Part shown: positions 27,581-38,604 of the stretch, one piece after another | How positions within the stretch are numbered: the stretch's first letter is position 1 | Layout: each line of letters begins with the position of its first letter | Assembly (NCBI GenBank): GCA_052055015.1 | Contig: JBQJIT010000020.1 | Direction: 5' to 3' (one strand) | DNA from: Malassezia furfur | Lineage: Eukaryota | Length of the DNA: 64,000 nt | The notes under the pieces: generated by a model | Seen by the model: only the letters and a program-made list of their open reading frames with translations | The model's database searches: none | What the model was told of the DNA's origin: nothing | Position numbers and translations under genes: made by a program

Positions 27581-28759
27581 ATGACCGAAACCGAGTTGGG
27601 AGCCTCTAGTGCTCCGCCCATCCATACCAACAATGCGGCGCTAACGTGGCAGCAACAGCTGCTCAACGAGTCGCAGGCACAGAAGAAGAAGAACACGAAG
27701 CGTCCACAGGAAAAGCGCGCACCTAAGCCCAAGGCGGACAATGCCAAGCCCAAGCCCAAGGAGGCAGATTCAGCAACACCGTCGTCGGCGCTGACCTGGC
27801 AACAGGAGCTGTTCCGCCAGTCGCAGCGGCCGGCCGCCTTTGACTATGCGGCCGACTCGCGCGATGTAGAGACGTTCGGGGAGGGCAAAGGCCGTGCCAC
27901 CGGGGCGGCATCGACGCCGGACCGCCGGAAAAACAAGGCCAAGCCGCGCGTAGAGTCCAAGTCGCCGAGCACGCCGAACAAGAAGGTGGCCGCAGCCATG
28001 GCATACGCAGGTCCGACGTTCCACAACTCTCCTGCAGCTACAAGTCTGCCCGCCCCCAAGTTCGGTGGGAAATCCAAGATCACCTTCGTCGACGACACAC
28101 ATGCCGTGACGGGCACATCCGTGACAGTGCCAGTCAGTGCGTCGGCGGTGCCGGACACCGCGGCGGAGGATGCGGCGAGCGCGGGTGCGGACACCTCGTC
28201 CATGTCGTTGCCGCCGAGTGTGACGGCAACCGAGCCGGCTGCGCCCCCTTCATCGGCGCTTTCGCCGCCGCTTAGCGACACCCGCCCCTCTGTGCCGCCC
28301 CATAATGTGAGTCAGAGTCAGGCCCCTTTGGCCCGGCCGCCGCAGGACCCCAGGGCGGCGTTCTCACCGCCACACCAACACATGCCGGTGCAGCCCATGC
28401 CGGGTGCGTACGCGTATCAGCCCCATCCGGGCGCGCAGTACCCCCCTGCGGGACCGCCGCCCGGCGCCTATATGCCCTATCCGCCGTCAATGGCACCGCC
28501 GCCCGCGCATCTGTATGCCCCCGCCGCGGGCCCTGGCCCTTACTCGCCGGCACCGGCGCCTCATGGGGCTGCACCGCAGCGTACCGCCGCATCGAATGCC
28601 GCACAGTACCCTAGTGCGGCGCCGTCAGCCCCTGCACCGGGTACAGCGTCGTCCAACACGGCCGGGACGGCTGCTTCTACGCCTACCAACGCGAAATTCC
28701 AGTCTGTGGACAACCTGTTGGCCAGCATGCTGAATTCGTCCAGCCTGTTCCGTCGCTGA
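27581..28759 (+). CDS. Edc1/PNRC-like mRNA decapping coactivator (disordered)
   Basis: YAGPTFHNSPAATSLPAPKF matches the YAGxxF activation motif plus the LPxP Dcp1-binding motif of the Edc1/PNRC family. The rest is low complexity and Pro-rich. Confidence 0.75.
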   Translation: MTETELGASSAPPIHTNNAALTWQQQLLNESQAQKKKNTKRPQEKRAPKPKADNAKPKPKEADSATPSSALTWQQELFRQSQRPAAFDYAADSRDVETFGEGKGRATGAASTPDRRKNKAKPRVESKSPSTPNKKVAAAMAYAGPTFHNSPAATSLPAPKFGGKSKITFVDDTHAVTGTSVTVPVSASAVPDTAAEDAASAGADTSSMSLPPSVTATEPAAPPSSALSPPLSDTRPSVPPHNVSQSQAPLARPPQDPRAAFSPPHQHMPVQPMPGAYAYQPHPGAQYPPAGPPPGAYMPYPPSMAPPPAHLYAPAAGPGPYSPAPAPHGAAPQRTAASNAAQYPSAAPSAPAPGTASSNTAGTAASTPTNAKFQSVDNLLASMLNSSSLFRR

Positions 28760-28903
28760 CCTCGCTTGTTATTTACGAGGTACTGGCTTTTGCCTCCTGC
28801 GCTGGCCGTTCGCGCATGCTTGTCTGTACCATAGCAGATTTCTTCCTGCCCGTAGCGAATCCGCGCTCCTCCACATTTATCGTGGGCACCTGCACCTCGC
28901 CTG

Positions 28904-31524
28904 GTGCCGGCGCGCGTCACCACGAGCTCACTACAGTACCTTGAAGAGCCGGGGTCCGTCGCGCTCGTCCCAGCGCAGGCCGGGTCTAGCTCGCGCGCGC
29001 GGGAAGACGTCCATGGCGCGCGCCTGGCCTGGCAGGTGCATGGACGTGCGGCCAAACCAGGTAGGTGCCGCCCTGACCCAGACCCCGTGCTCGTTGCCGG
29101 CCCTGCAGGCGTCCAGGCGGTGCCCGCGTCGGGACCGCACGAAATTCCTGGGATTCATGACGTGCCTATCCACATACGCGCGATGCAGGGGGTACGTGGT
29201 GTGCTGATGCAGGCGTCGTTTCTACGAAGATACCACCCGGGCATCCATGTCCCATCGCGGCTGCTTGCCAGCATGATCCTGGACGACGAGCAAACGCTAA
29301 TCCGAAACGAGGATGACGGCGCGGACCTCATCAAGTGCACCACCACGACGCTGGCGCCCGAGAACACCTCATCCCTACTGGTGGTGTGTGTCGGAGGAAC
29401 GAACCGCGACGAGCTGTGTACGTGGAATGCTCATGCAGTCGTGTCCGAGCTCCGGTCGGATGGGTGCATTTATACGTCCGGAAATGCCGCCTGGAAATCA
29501 CGCGGACCCATCGTGCAGGTCCAGAGCACGACGCACCACACCTTGCTCGTGCGTACACGCATGGCGACGGTGGTAGGCGACGTGCGTCGGGCAGAGGGCG
29601 AGCGCGAGGGGGTCCCGACGTTTCGTTTCCGGCCCACAACAAAGCTCGCGCATACCGCCACGGCATGTGCCGATGCTTGCCTTGCGTCAGAGACATGCGT
29701 CTACACGGCCGATACCCGAGGCATCGTCCAGGTCTGGGACGTTGCGTCGAACAAGCCGTACGTACTCCACTAACCCAGGCGGCGGAGGACCGAGGCGGCA
29801 CACGATGAGCACGATGCCTTCTGGGCTTTGGGCGTCGCGGGACACACGCTGGACGTGGCCTCGTGTTATACCCTTTCTTCACTCGACATGCGCGTACGTC
29901 TCCCTGCTCACCTAGGCACCACGGCCGACGACGATGGTCCAGACCGCTCACTCCAATCACCTGCTTCGGCGCACCAAAATCACCTCGTTTCAACCGTCGC
30001 TGGGTGCCGCCGACGACCCGTTCTTGGCCCTTTGCACGACGGAAGAAGTGCAGTTTTACGACCGGCGTTATACCCACGTCCCCTTGTTCTCCTGGGCACA
30101 CCGGCGAGGCTATGACCGAACCCTGGCGCTCGCAGATGTGCCCATTACGGCGCCACACAGCGTCCTGCTCTCATCGCAGCAAAACCGGCTCCTCGTGACC
30201 TACGGCATGCACACCGAACCGCGTCGCGGCATCGATACGCTCCAGCTGTATGCGCCACGCAGCGTCCCCTCAGCCGTCCCGCCGCAAACATGCGCTCCAT
30301 CACCAACGTCGCCGTATCTTGTGAACCTCGATGCCCTGGGATGGGGGAATGACGTGGTCTGCACTCTGGAGCAGACCCTGCGCGGGGCGCTGTGGATGCG
30401 GCTCCTGCGCACGTCCCCGGGCGAGTCGTGGCCGTCGCTGCATACTTCGTGGGCACCGGATGCGCACCAGCGCGCGCGCGACGCATCTGACACCGAGGAC
30501 GCAGGGCCGTTTGGCGATGCAGAAATGACCCCGGTGGACTACCGACAACTCTACCAAGGTGCGTGTACTTCTGATGCAGCGGGCGTACTAGGCTACCTCG
30601 GTACCGACGACCTGGCGGCATGGGAGACCTCTACGCCATCGCGCCTCGACGCGCTGGCCCACGAACCACCAGGCACCGCGCCCGAGACGCTGTATGTCGA
30701 CCCACTTACCCAGCCTGGACCTGCTCGCCAAGGAAGGCCCGCGCTACGCTGGCGCATCGGAGATGCACACGGACCAGACGTTGTGTGCGCGCACCGCAGA
30801 ACCGGCACAGGTCGCGCGCATCTTCCAGCACGCCCAGGACGGTGAGGCACGCAACCAGCTCGTCGCTGGCCTGCCATGGCTCGGCGCGGCGCCCACTGAT
30901 GCTGCGTCATTGTGGCCGTGGCTCACGGACAAGCTAAGTGATTCCGATGCACCCGTCGTGCGCGATGCAGCATCACAAATGGCACTCGATGTGCTCCTCG
31001 CCTCGCACTGCTACCCTGGCTCCGAACCGGCGCCGGCCGATGCGCACAACACCAACTGGCGCTGGGATCGGCGCGGCTCACCCGTGTGTCCTCCTGCACC
31101 GGAGTTATCACTCGTACCAAAGAATGTGGCCCATACCAGTCCTCTCTCCGACACGGCGCGCCTGCTCCTGTCCGAGTGGCCCGACGGAGAGGATGCGGCT
31201 CGGTTTACGTACCGCAACCCCTACCGTGGCCTCGACTTTGGGCGCGCTGAGGAAGAGGTGCGCCCGTCGGCGAGCCAGCCGGCGCGTCCGACGGTAGTCG
31301 CCGCCCAAAAACCGCGCGTCGTTTCGCGCCGACCGCGGCCGGAGGCGGAGCGGGCGAGTTCGCCGATTCCGATGCGCTTCTCACAGGAAGCGCCGGCGCC
31401 GGGCTCCTCACAGGACGTCGAAGAGCCGCCGAGAATCCCGCAGACGCAGATCGAGCCGGGCCGGTTTGGGCAGCGTGCCGCACCCAAGCCGCCCAAGCGG
31501 AAGAAGCGCATGGGCGGATTCTGA
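28904..31524 (+). CDS. RRN6: RNA polymerase I core factor subunit Rrn6/TAF1C-like (start uncertain)
   Basis: Seven micro-introns (29061-81, 29192-212, 29418-38, 29758-78, 29894-915, 30559-79, 30692-713) join four ORF fragments into one protein. It has beta-propeller-like segments (YDRRYTHVPLFSWAHRR), ARLLLSEW, and the C-terminal QTQIEPGRFG...KKRMGGF typical of fungal Rrn6. Confidence 0.65.
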
Positions 31525-31533
31525 GTAGTGCAC

Positions 31534-31863
31534 CTAGTTCTTCGACGCGAGGTTCTTGTTGATGCTCTCAATGTAAGATTGCAGCATTTCGTTGTTGGTC
31601 TCCGACTTGGCGGCATCAGCCTGTGCCTGGTTCACACGCTGCTGCAGGGCTGAGGTCAGGGCACGCACGACGTACTGCGCAAGTCGCTCTGGAGCGCGGC
31701 AATTTCACTGGGTAAGCAAAGGGCAACGAACCTGAGCAGCCGTTCCTTTTCCGCGACATCGCTCATGGATGGCTCGGAACTGGCCGTCTGGGTGAGTGTG
31801 GGCACATACCCAAGCCACCTGCTCGTTGTACGTCCGTGCCGCCGTGTCGTTCTCCAAGGCCAT
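31534..31863 (-). CDS. Short coiled-coil protein (SCOC/Slo1-like)
   Basis: Three introns (22, 24, 26 nt) give MALEND...EKERLLSEIAALQSDLRTLQQRVNQAQADAAKSETNNEMLQSYIESINKNLASKN. Confidence 0.7.
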
Positions 31864-31955
31864 GGTGGAGTCGCCGAGCGCTGCACGCGGCTTAGTCAGG
31901 GGCCGAGGAAAAATTGGTTGTCCGCACGACCTTCGCACGCAGCTCTGCACTGACC

Positions 31956-33351
31956 ATGGGGGGCCCTACCGCGGTGGCCAGCGCTGCCGGCAAGCAGCTG
32001 GACAGCATGAATGATATCACGCGGCTAACTACGCGCACCATCCGTATTCTGGGCCAGAACCCCAGCTCGTTCACGCTGAATGGTGCGTTGGTTGGGGTCC
32101 ACTGACACTTAGGCACCAACACGTACCTCGTTACCCCACCATGCGATCTGAACTGGCCGGGGCGCAGTACCCTCCTTCCCGCCATGCTGGTGGATACGGG
32201 CGACGCACGCGATGACTATGCGCCCTTTCTCGAGGCCGTCCTTCGCGGCAACCTGCGCCGTGAGGACGCACAAGATACGCAGCCGGTGTGCATTGGCATC
32301 ACCGATATGTACGTGGCATGCTCACCCTAGCATCATGACGCATTGGCACCATGACCACGTCGGCGGCATGCCGTACGTGCTGCGCATGCTCGAAAAACTT
32401 CGCCGGCAAGATCCCCGCGTGCCGCAACCGCGCATCCACAAATTTGCTGAGCCGGCGACGGATGCGACGTTCTTTGACCGGATTGCGGATGTCGATCCTA
32501 CAGCCTATGCACACGCACCCAACGCCGAGGGCGCGCGCGCCGTGCTATGGCCGCTGCGCGACGCCCAGACGATCTCGGTGGTGGACCCCGAAAACTCGGA
32601 GCTGGTCTCGTCGCTGCGTACGCTCTTTACACCGGGGCACGCGGCAGACCATACCTCGCTTTTGCTCGAGGAGGACAACATTTTGTTTACGGGCGACAAT
32701 GTGCTGGGTCGCGGCTCGACGGTCTTTGAGGACCTCGTGCTGTACCTGCGTAGCTTGCAGCGCAGCTTGGCTTTGCTGTCGGCGCGTCGACCGACCATGC
32801 CGGGTGTGTATGGCACGCCAGTGAGCGGTGTGCAGGGCGAGAATGTACTCTACCCGGGGCACGGTCCCGTGGTGCCCAAAGGGCGCGACACGATCCGCCG
32901 CTACATTCGGCATCGGCTCGAGCGCGAGGAGCAGATTTTGGCCCTGCTTACCGGGCGCCCCGGGGATAAGGCATTCTCGACCGAGGCGATGGCGTTCCCT
33001 GAAAAGATCCTGGCAGCACGCATGCACACGCGCGAGCCGCGGCATACTTGGACGCTGTTCCAGATGATCGCGGTGCTCTATGCCAACTACGAGACCAAAA
33101 TGTACCCTGCCGTCGCACGCGGTCTTCTTCTGCATCTACAAAAACTCTCGCAACCCATTGAGGACCTGCCCAGTCCGCCGTTCTACCTCGCTGACCCTCT
33201 GCCCTCGACGCAGTGGGCGAAAGACGATCGACTGGTGCGCAGTATGCGTCTTCCGTCGTACCAGCGCAGCGCGAACGGGATTCCGGACGCTGCGTCGAAC
33301 GAGGCCGAGTGGTGGGAGCTTATGGAGATCCCCTGGGTGCTATCGCAATAG
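31956..33351 (+). CDS. Metallo-beta-lactamase-fold protein (LACTB2-like endoribonuclease)
   Basis: ILGQNPSSFTLNGTNTYLV, LVDTG, THWHHDHVGG, TPGHAADH, FTGDNVLG, YPGHG. Introns 32083-32112 and 32309-32330. Confidence 0.85.
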
Positions 33352-33537
33352 ACAGGCGCAGGCAGGCGCCATCAGCGCGTCGGTGCACGGCGGCCGGAGC
33401 GCCTCGGAACGCGCGTGGAACAATCGTTGGCCGCGACCAACCTTCGACGCACACGCCCTCTCATGCTGCACGAAGCACGTGCCGGTAAGTAAGCCGACCG
33501 GGCCCCGCACGACCGGGGTAGGGACGCCCACCTAGAT

Positions 33538-33545
33538 TATATAAG
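33538..33545 (+). promoter_or_regulatory. TATA box of ENO1
   Basis: TATATAAG ending 37 nt upstream of the enolase ATG, in an otherwise GC-rich intergenic region. Confidence 0.55.
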
Positions 33546-33582
33546 ACCGGGGCGCCCGGGCCGGTCGAGGTTCGCCTCCAAC

Positions 33583-34914
33583 ATGAGCAACATTCAGAAG
33601 GTGCAAGGTCGTATTATTATCGACTCGCGTGGTAACCCCACGGTCGAGGTCGACATCGTGACGGACAAGGGTCTGTTCCGTGCCGGTGTGCCCTCTGGTG
33701 CATCGACCGGTATCCACGAGGCCGTGGAGCTGCGCGACAACGACTCTTCGCGCTGGGTCGGCAAGGGTGTCGACAAGGCCGTTGCGAACGTCAACGATGT
33801 CATCGGCCCTGCGCTGATCAAGTCGGGCATCCCGATCACCTCGCAGAAGGAGATTGATGACTTCCTGATCAAGCTCGATGGCACGCCGAACAAGGGTAAG
33901 CTCGGTGCGAACGCGATCCTCGGTGTGTCGATTGCTGCGGCCAAGGCCGGTGCGGGCGAGAAGGGTGTGCCGCTGTACAAGTACCTCTCGGAGCTCGCCA
34001 ACACCAAGGCGCCGTACATCCTGCCTGCGCCTGCGATGAACGTCATCAACGGTGGTTCGCACGCCGGCAACTCGCTGGCCTTCCAGGAGTTTATGATTGT
34101 GCCCACCGGTGCCGAGTCGTTCACCGAGGCGATGCGCATGGGCACCGAGACCTACCACACCCTCAAGAAGGTCATCAAGTCCAAGTACGGCATTGACGCG
34201 ACCAACGTCGGTGACGAGGGTGGCTTTGCGCCCAACGTCCAGTCGGCGGACGAGGCGCTCGACCTGCTTGTCGAGGCCATCACCAAGGCCGGCTACAAGG
34301 GCAAGGTCAACATCTCGCTCGATGTGGCCAGCTCCGAGTTCTACAAGGACGGCAAGTACGACCTTGACTTCAAGAACCCCAACTCGGACTCCAGCAAGTG
34401 GATCTCGGGCAAGGAGCTGGCGCAGATCTACCTGGGCTACATCAAGAAGTACCCGATCATCTCGATCGAGGACCCCTTCGACCAGGACGACTGGGAGGCG
34501 TGGAGCGTGCTGCGTGCCGAGGCGGGCATCACGATCATTGGTGACGACCTGACGGTCACCAACCCGCTGCGCATCAAGACGGCCATCGAGAAGAAGGCGT
34601 GCAACGGTCTGCTGCTCAAGATCAACCAGATCGGCACCATCTCGGAGTCGATTCAGGCCGCGCAGCTCGCGCAGTCGGACAACTGGGCGGTGATGGTCTC
34701 GCACCGCTCGGGTGAGACGGAGGACACGACGATTGCCGACGTCGCCGTCGCGCTCAACGCGGGCATCATCAAGACGGGTGCGCCCGCGCGCTCGGAGCGT
34801 GTCGCCAAGTACAACGCGCTCCTCCGCATCGAGTCCACCGAAAAGGACGCCGTGTACGCGGGCCTTGACGGCTTCACCCAGGGCGACGCGGCGCCCAAGG
34901 TGATCCGTAAGTAG
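33583..34914 (+). CDS. ENO1: Enolase
   Basis: [54 protein letters not shown]. Strong codon bias. Confidence 0.98.
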   Translation: MSNIQKVQGRIIIDSRGNPTVEVDIVTDKGLFRAGVPSGASTGIHEAVELRDNDSSRWVGKGVDKAVANVNDVIGPALIKSGIPITSQKEIDDFLIKLDGTPNKGKLGANAILGVSIAAAKAGAGEKGVPLYKYLSELANTKAPYILPAPAMNVINGGSHAGNSLAFQEFMIVPTGAESFTEAMRMGTETYHTLKKVIKSKYGIDATNVGDEGGFAPNVQSADEALDLLVEAITKAGYKGKVNISLDVASSEFYKDGKYDLDFKNPNSDSSKWISGKELAQIYLGYIKKYPIISIEDPFDQDDWEAWSVLRAEAGITIIGDDLTVTNPLRIKTAIEKKACNGLLLKINQIGTISESIQAAQLAQSDNWAVMVSHRSGETEDTTIADVAVALNAGIIKTGAPARSERVAKYNALLRIESTEKDAVYAGLDGFTQGDAAPKVIRK

Positions 34915-34983
34915 GTGCACGACGCATCGCGTCGCGGCCTGCGCTGTAGACATTTCCTTTTGTAGCCAGTATGATATACGCTA

Positions 34984-37900
34984 CTACATGTTGGCCCGCA
35001 TGCTGTTCGGCGCCGCGTCGCGCGCGCCAGGCACCGCCAGCTCGGCGTCGCGCGTCGCTTGCGGCGCCTGCTCGTATGCGGACCACGGCAGGATCGGGTG
35101 CGGCACGTCGCTTGCGCGCAGCGACGCCTTGAACGCACGCACGTCGTCGATCGTGTGCACGGGCAGCACGTCGCGCACCACCGTGTCCGAGTCGGCTGCG
35201 GGCTGCGCCGCGGGGTGCGCGGCCGCCACGCGGTCGACCGCCGCAAGCACGTCGGCTTCGGCCAGATCGGCAGGCACCGCACCCTGGGCGTAGAGCGCCT
35301 CGACGATCGCACGCAGCGCCTCGACACTCTGCGCCTGTGCCGCGAGATCGGCGCGCGCCTCGTCGGGAACGGGCGCGCCACGCTCCGCCAAGAACGCCAG
35401 GAACGCGTCAAAGGCCGCGGGGCTGAGCGGCGTCGAGGTACCCTGCGCCTGGAGGTGCGTGACATTCTTGGCACGCACGCGGCTGCTGGGGTGCACGTAG
35501 GTGTCCATGAGGTGCAGCACGTCGTCCTTGGTGAGCCGCTCGAGCTCCTCAATGTCGCGCTCGCGGCTCAAAAAGTCGTAGTAGCCCGAGTGGATGCTCG
35601 TCCAGAAGCGGTTCGTCTCTTCGGCCAGGTTCTTGACACTCTCGCGCTTCTTTTGGATGAGCGAGCGCTTGTGCGCGGCAAACTCGTCTGGCGTCAGGTT
35701 ACGCAGCAGCGTCCGCAGCTGGTCAAAGAAGGCGTCGATGCGCGACTCGAGGTAGTCCGAGTCGCGCTCCGATTGCACAATCACGCGGAAGCCCATTGCG
35801 CCAGGGTTGCGCCGCACACCGCTGAACACGAGGTAGCCGAGCTGTTCCTTCGTGCGCAGCTGGTCGAAACACGGCTCGTGCGCAATCTGTGCAAAGAGCG
35901 CGAGCGTCGCACGCAGCGGGACATCGGTCGGGTCGCCGACCTGCACATAGTACTCCAAGCTCGAGTTGACGTTGCCGGGATTCGCCACGGGCTGCTTCCA
36001 CGCCGAGTTGCTCCCCGGCGCCAGCAGCAGCGACCGAGGGGGCAGCGTCTCGTGCTCGGGCAACGGCTGGGCATCGACGTGCGACACGACGCGGTCGAGG
36101 AGTGCCTCGGCCTGCGCCGCGTCAACGTTACCGTGGACGAGCATTTCTACATGCAGCTGCTCGCACACCCACGGGATGTACGCCTGGACGTCGGCAGCTG
36201 TGAGGCCGTCCATCGCCGCAAGCTTCTCGTGCTGCGTCCAGATCTGCTCGGTGAGGAGGTAGAGCGAGTAGTACGCCGCGTGCTGGTACGGCTCCTCCAT
36301 GTCAAAGTTTTGGTAGTTGCGCCGCACCTGGTCCATCACAATCGCAAAGCGCTTCTCGTCAACCACGAGCTGCGTCAGGGTGTCGAGCACCGACTGGAGC
36401 AGCAACGGCAGCTTGTCGTTGTAGCCAGCCACCACGACCACCAACCCCTCGAGCTGGCTGTCGACGTTGTACAGCAGGCCGGCGACTTCGGCGTCGTACG
36501 AAAACTCGGACAGGGCATCCTTCACCAGCTCAACCATCACGCGCGACAACACCGCCGTGCGCGGCGACTCATTCACGCGCGGCGTGCGCAGCAGAATCGA
36601 CACGTTGGCCTTCGGCAGGAAAAAGCGGTCGTCCTGCTTGTGCCACAGACGCACGAGCGGCGTGTTGCGCAGCAGTTGCGGGCGGCTCACGGGCGCACCG
36701 GCTGCGTCCTTGCTGCCAAGCACCTGTAGATCCGCCGGGATGAACTCGTTCTGCTTCGGCAGCGCCATGCCATCGAGCGCTGCCGTGCGCGTCGCCAGCG
36801 ATGCCGGCAGCGGCACAACGGTGTATTCAGTACCGTACCAGCGCTCCTTGGCGTCCAGCGTGTGCCCCGCGGGCGGCTCGCGGCCCGCGAGCATGATGCG
36901 ACACCGATCGGGGCGCAGGCACGCAAGCGTATCCTGGATGAGCGGAAGATCAAACTCGCGCAGCAAATAGTGGCCAGACAAAATCCACTCAGGAGGCATG
37001 GGCGTCTGCATCTGGCTTGCGAGCGCCGAGCCGTACGACGACGGCGCCGTCTTTTCCTTGAATGCGAACCGCAGCTCGCTCAGCTTCTCCACCTCGTGGT
37101 ACATCCACTCCTCGATCGACTGTGTGCGCAGTAAATCGAGGTACTGGAACACGGCGGCGGCCACCTCCTCGTAGTGCTCGTACCCTTCGGGCGTCAGGTC
37201 GATCGCCACCTTGAATAGCTCAAAGCCCTCTGCGCCCACGCCAGAGCCGGCGCTCAGCATGTTCGCCCAGCCGCGCTGCTTCAAGCACGAGAACAGCGAG
37301 CCGTGGCCCTCATGCCCGAGAAAATGCGAGATGAGCTGGCCAGGCTTGGACTTGTACAAATGCACCTGCTCCGGGAACGGGAAGGTCAGCTCGAGCGAGC
37401 GCAGGTCCTTGATGGTGCGGAAGAGCACCTGCGTGCCGAGCTGCTCGGGGCCCAGCGGCGACTCTGGGAAACGCGGCACCGCATTGCCCTTGTTCGGCAC
37501 GCTGGAAAACTTCTCCACCACCCAGCGCGTCAGCTGCTCCACCGACTCGCGGCCAATCACGACGAGCTTCATCATGTTGGCGCTGTAATACTTCGCGTGG
37601 AATTTGAGCAGCTCCTCGCGGATGTCGACGCCGCGCGCACGCGGCTCCTCCCAGAGCGTCGTGAGGTTGCCCGTGCCAAACTTGGAGTAGGGGTGCGACG
37701 CGTCCGACAAACTCTTCTCCAGCTGGAACGAACGCCACAGGTCGGACTGCAGGTTCTTTTTGTGCTCCGAGTCCACCGCACGGATCTCGCGCTCCGAGCA
37801 GCTCGCATCAAACAGCGGCTCCAAGAAGAATTGCGCAAAGCGGTCGAGCGCGCCCTCAAAGTGCTCGTGGCCCACATCGAAAAAGTAGTTGGTGTTCTCC

Positions 37901-38496
37901 AATGAGGTGAACGCATTCGAGCTGCCGCTGTGGTTCGAAAGGTACTCGCTGTACTCGTTCTCGCGGGGGTATTTCTTCGTGCCCATAAACAGCAGGTGCT
38001 CACAATAGTGCGCCATGCCTTGCAGGTCATGGGGGTCCGACAGGTGGCCCACCCGCACGTCCATCGCCGCACTCGCCTTGTCCGTCTCGGGGTCGCTGAT
38101 GATCATCACCTCCAGCTCGTTCGGCAAGCGGATCAGCTTGTACTCGCGGTTGTCGAGCAGCGGCTTCTCAATCGGACGCTCAAACGCAGCATATTCGCCC
38201 GTCTGGCCATCGGAAAGCGCAATCTGCTTTGAAACGAAACCCGAATCCGACTGCGCCGTCTTTGGCAGCGACATAGAGATGGTCGCAAGTGCGCGCGCGC
38301 CGGGCGCCTTCGCCGTCATAGGGACAGATGCGTGGGTGGCAGGGGACAGATGCAGCTTCGCCGACGGGCTCGCACGCAACGAGCACGAACGGACCGTGGC
38401 TGGCAGACAAGCCGGTACACCACCTACACGGGCGGAAGCAGAAGGAAGCCTCGAGCGAACAAGAGGCCTCAGCAGCAGATGCTTGGTGGCAAGCAT
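34984..38496 (-). CDS. STE23: Insulysin/Ste23 M16A metalloprotease
   Basis: Inverted zinc motif HYCEH, GTKKYPRENEY, FFLEPLF, REIRAVDSE, FDQLRTKEQLGY. Confidence 0.93.
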   Translation of the reverse strand: MLATKHLLLRPLVRSRLPSASARVGGVPACLPATVRSCSLRASPSAKLHLSPATHASVPMTAKAPGARALATISMSLPKTAQSDSGFVSKQIALSDGQTGEYAAFERPIEKPLLDNREYKLIRLPNELEVMIISDPETDKASAAMDVRVGHLSDPHDLQGMAHYCEHLLFMGTKKYPRENEYSEYLSNHSGSSNAFTSLENTNYFFDVGHEHFEGALDRFAQFFLEPLFDASCSEREIRAVDSEHKKNLQSDLWRSFQLEKSLSDASHPYSKFGTGNLTTLWEEPRARGVDIREELLKFHAKYYSANMMKLVVIGRESVEQLTRWVVEKFSSVPNKGNAVPRFPESPLGPEQLGTQVLFRTIKDLRSLELTFPFPEQVHLYKSKPGQLISHFLGHEGHGSLFSCLKQRGWANMLSAGSGVGAEGFELFKVAIDLTPEGYEHYEEVAAAVFQYLDLLRTQSIEEWMYHEVEKLSELRFAFKEKTAPSSYGSALASQMQTPMPPEWILSGHYLLREFDLPLIQDTLACLRPDRCRIMLAGREPPAGHTLDAKERWYGTEYTVVPLPASLATRTAALDGMALPKQNEFIPADLQVLGSKDAAGAPVSRPQLLRNTPLVRLWHKQDDRFFLPKANVSILLRTPRVNESPRTAVLSRVMVELVKDALSEFSYDAEVAGLLYNVDSQLEGLVVVVAGYNDKLPLLLQSVLDTLTQLVVDEKRFAIVMDQVRRNYQNFDMEEPYQHAAYYSLYLLTEQIWTQHEKLAAMDGLTAADVQAYIPWVCEQLHVEMLVHGNVDAAQAEALLDRVVSHVDAQPLPEHETLPPRSLLLAPGSNSAWKQPVANPGNVNSSLEYYVQVGDPTDVPLRATLALFAQIAHEPCFDQLRTKEQLGYLVFSGVRRNPGAMGFRVIVQSERDSDYLESRIDAFFDQLRTLLRNLTPDEFAAHKRSLIQKKRESVKNLAEETNRFWTSIHSGYYDFLSRERDIEELERLTKDDVLHLMDTYVHPSSRVRAKNVTHLQAQGTSTPLSPAAFDAFLAFLAERGAPVPDEARADLAAQAQSVEALRAIVEALYAQGAVPADLAEADVLAAVDRVAAAHPAAQPAADSDTVVRDVLPVHTIDDVRAFKASLRASDVPHPILPWSAYEQAPQATRDAELAVPGARDAAPNSMRANM

Positions 38497-38604
38497 GTAC
38501 GCGGCGGAAAGAACTGCACGGATCCACGCCGCTCCTTTGTGCTTCGCGATCGCCGCACGCGCTGACTAAGAATTAGACCACCCGCGACGAACCCCGCGGC
38601 GAGT

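Noticed and set aside
28904..31524. Apparent frameshifts or pseudogenes in RRN6, GCN3, SGF29, COG5 and SRP40
   Set aside because: Each break is explained by a micro-intron with a donor, a branch site and a 3' AG.
33532..34953. 473-aa antisense ORF over ENO1 (similarly over MLS1 46537-48114, RLI1 16156-17742, KRR1 10193-11746, thiolase 54033-55355)
   Set aside because: These mirror strongly biased GC-rich genes that avoid TTA/CTA/TCA codons. The translations have no recognisable domains.
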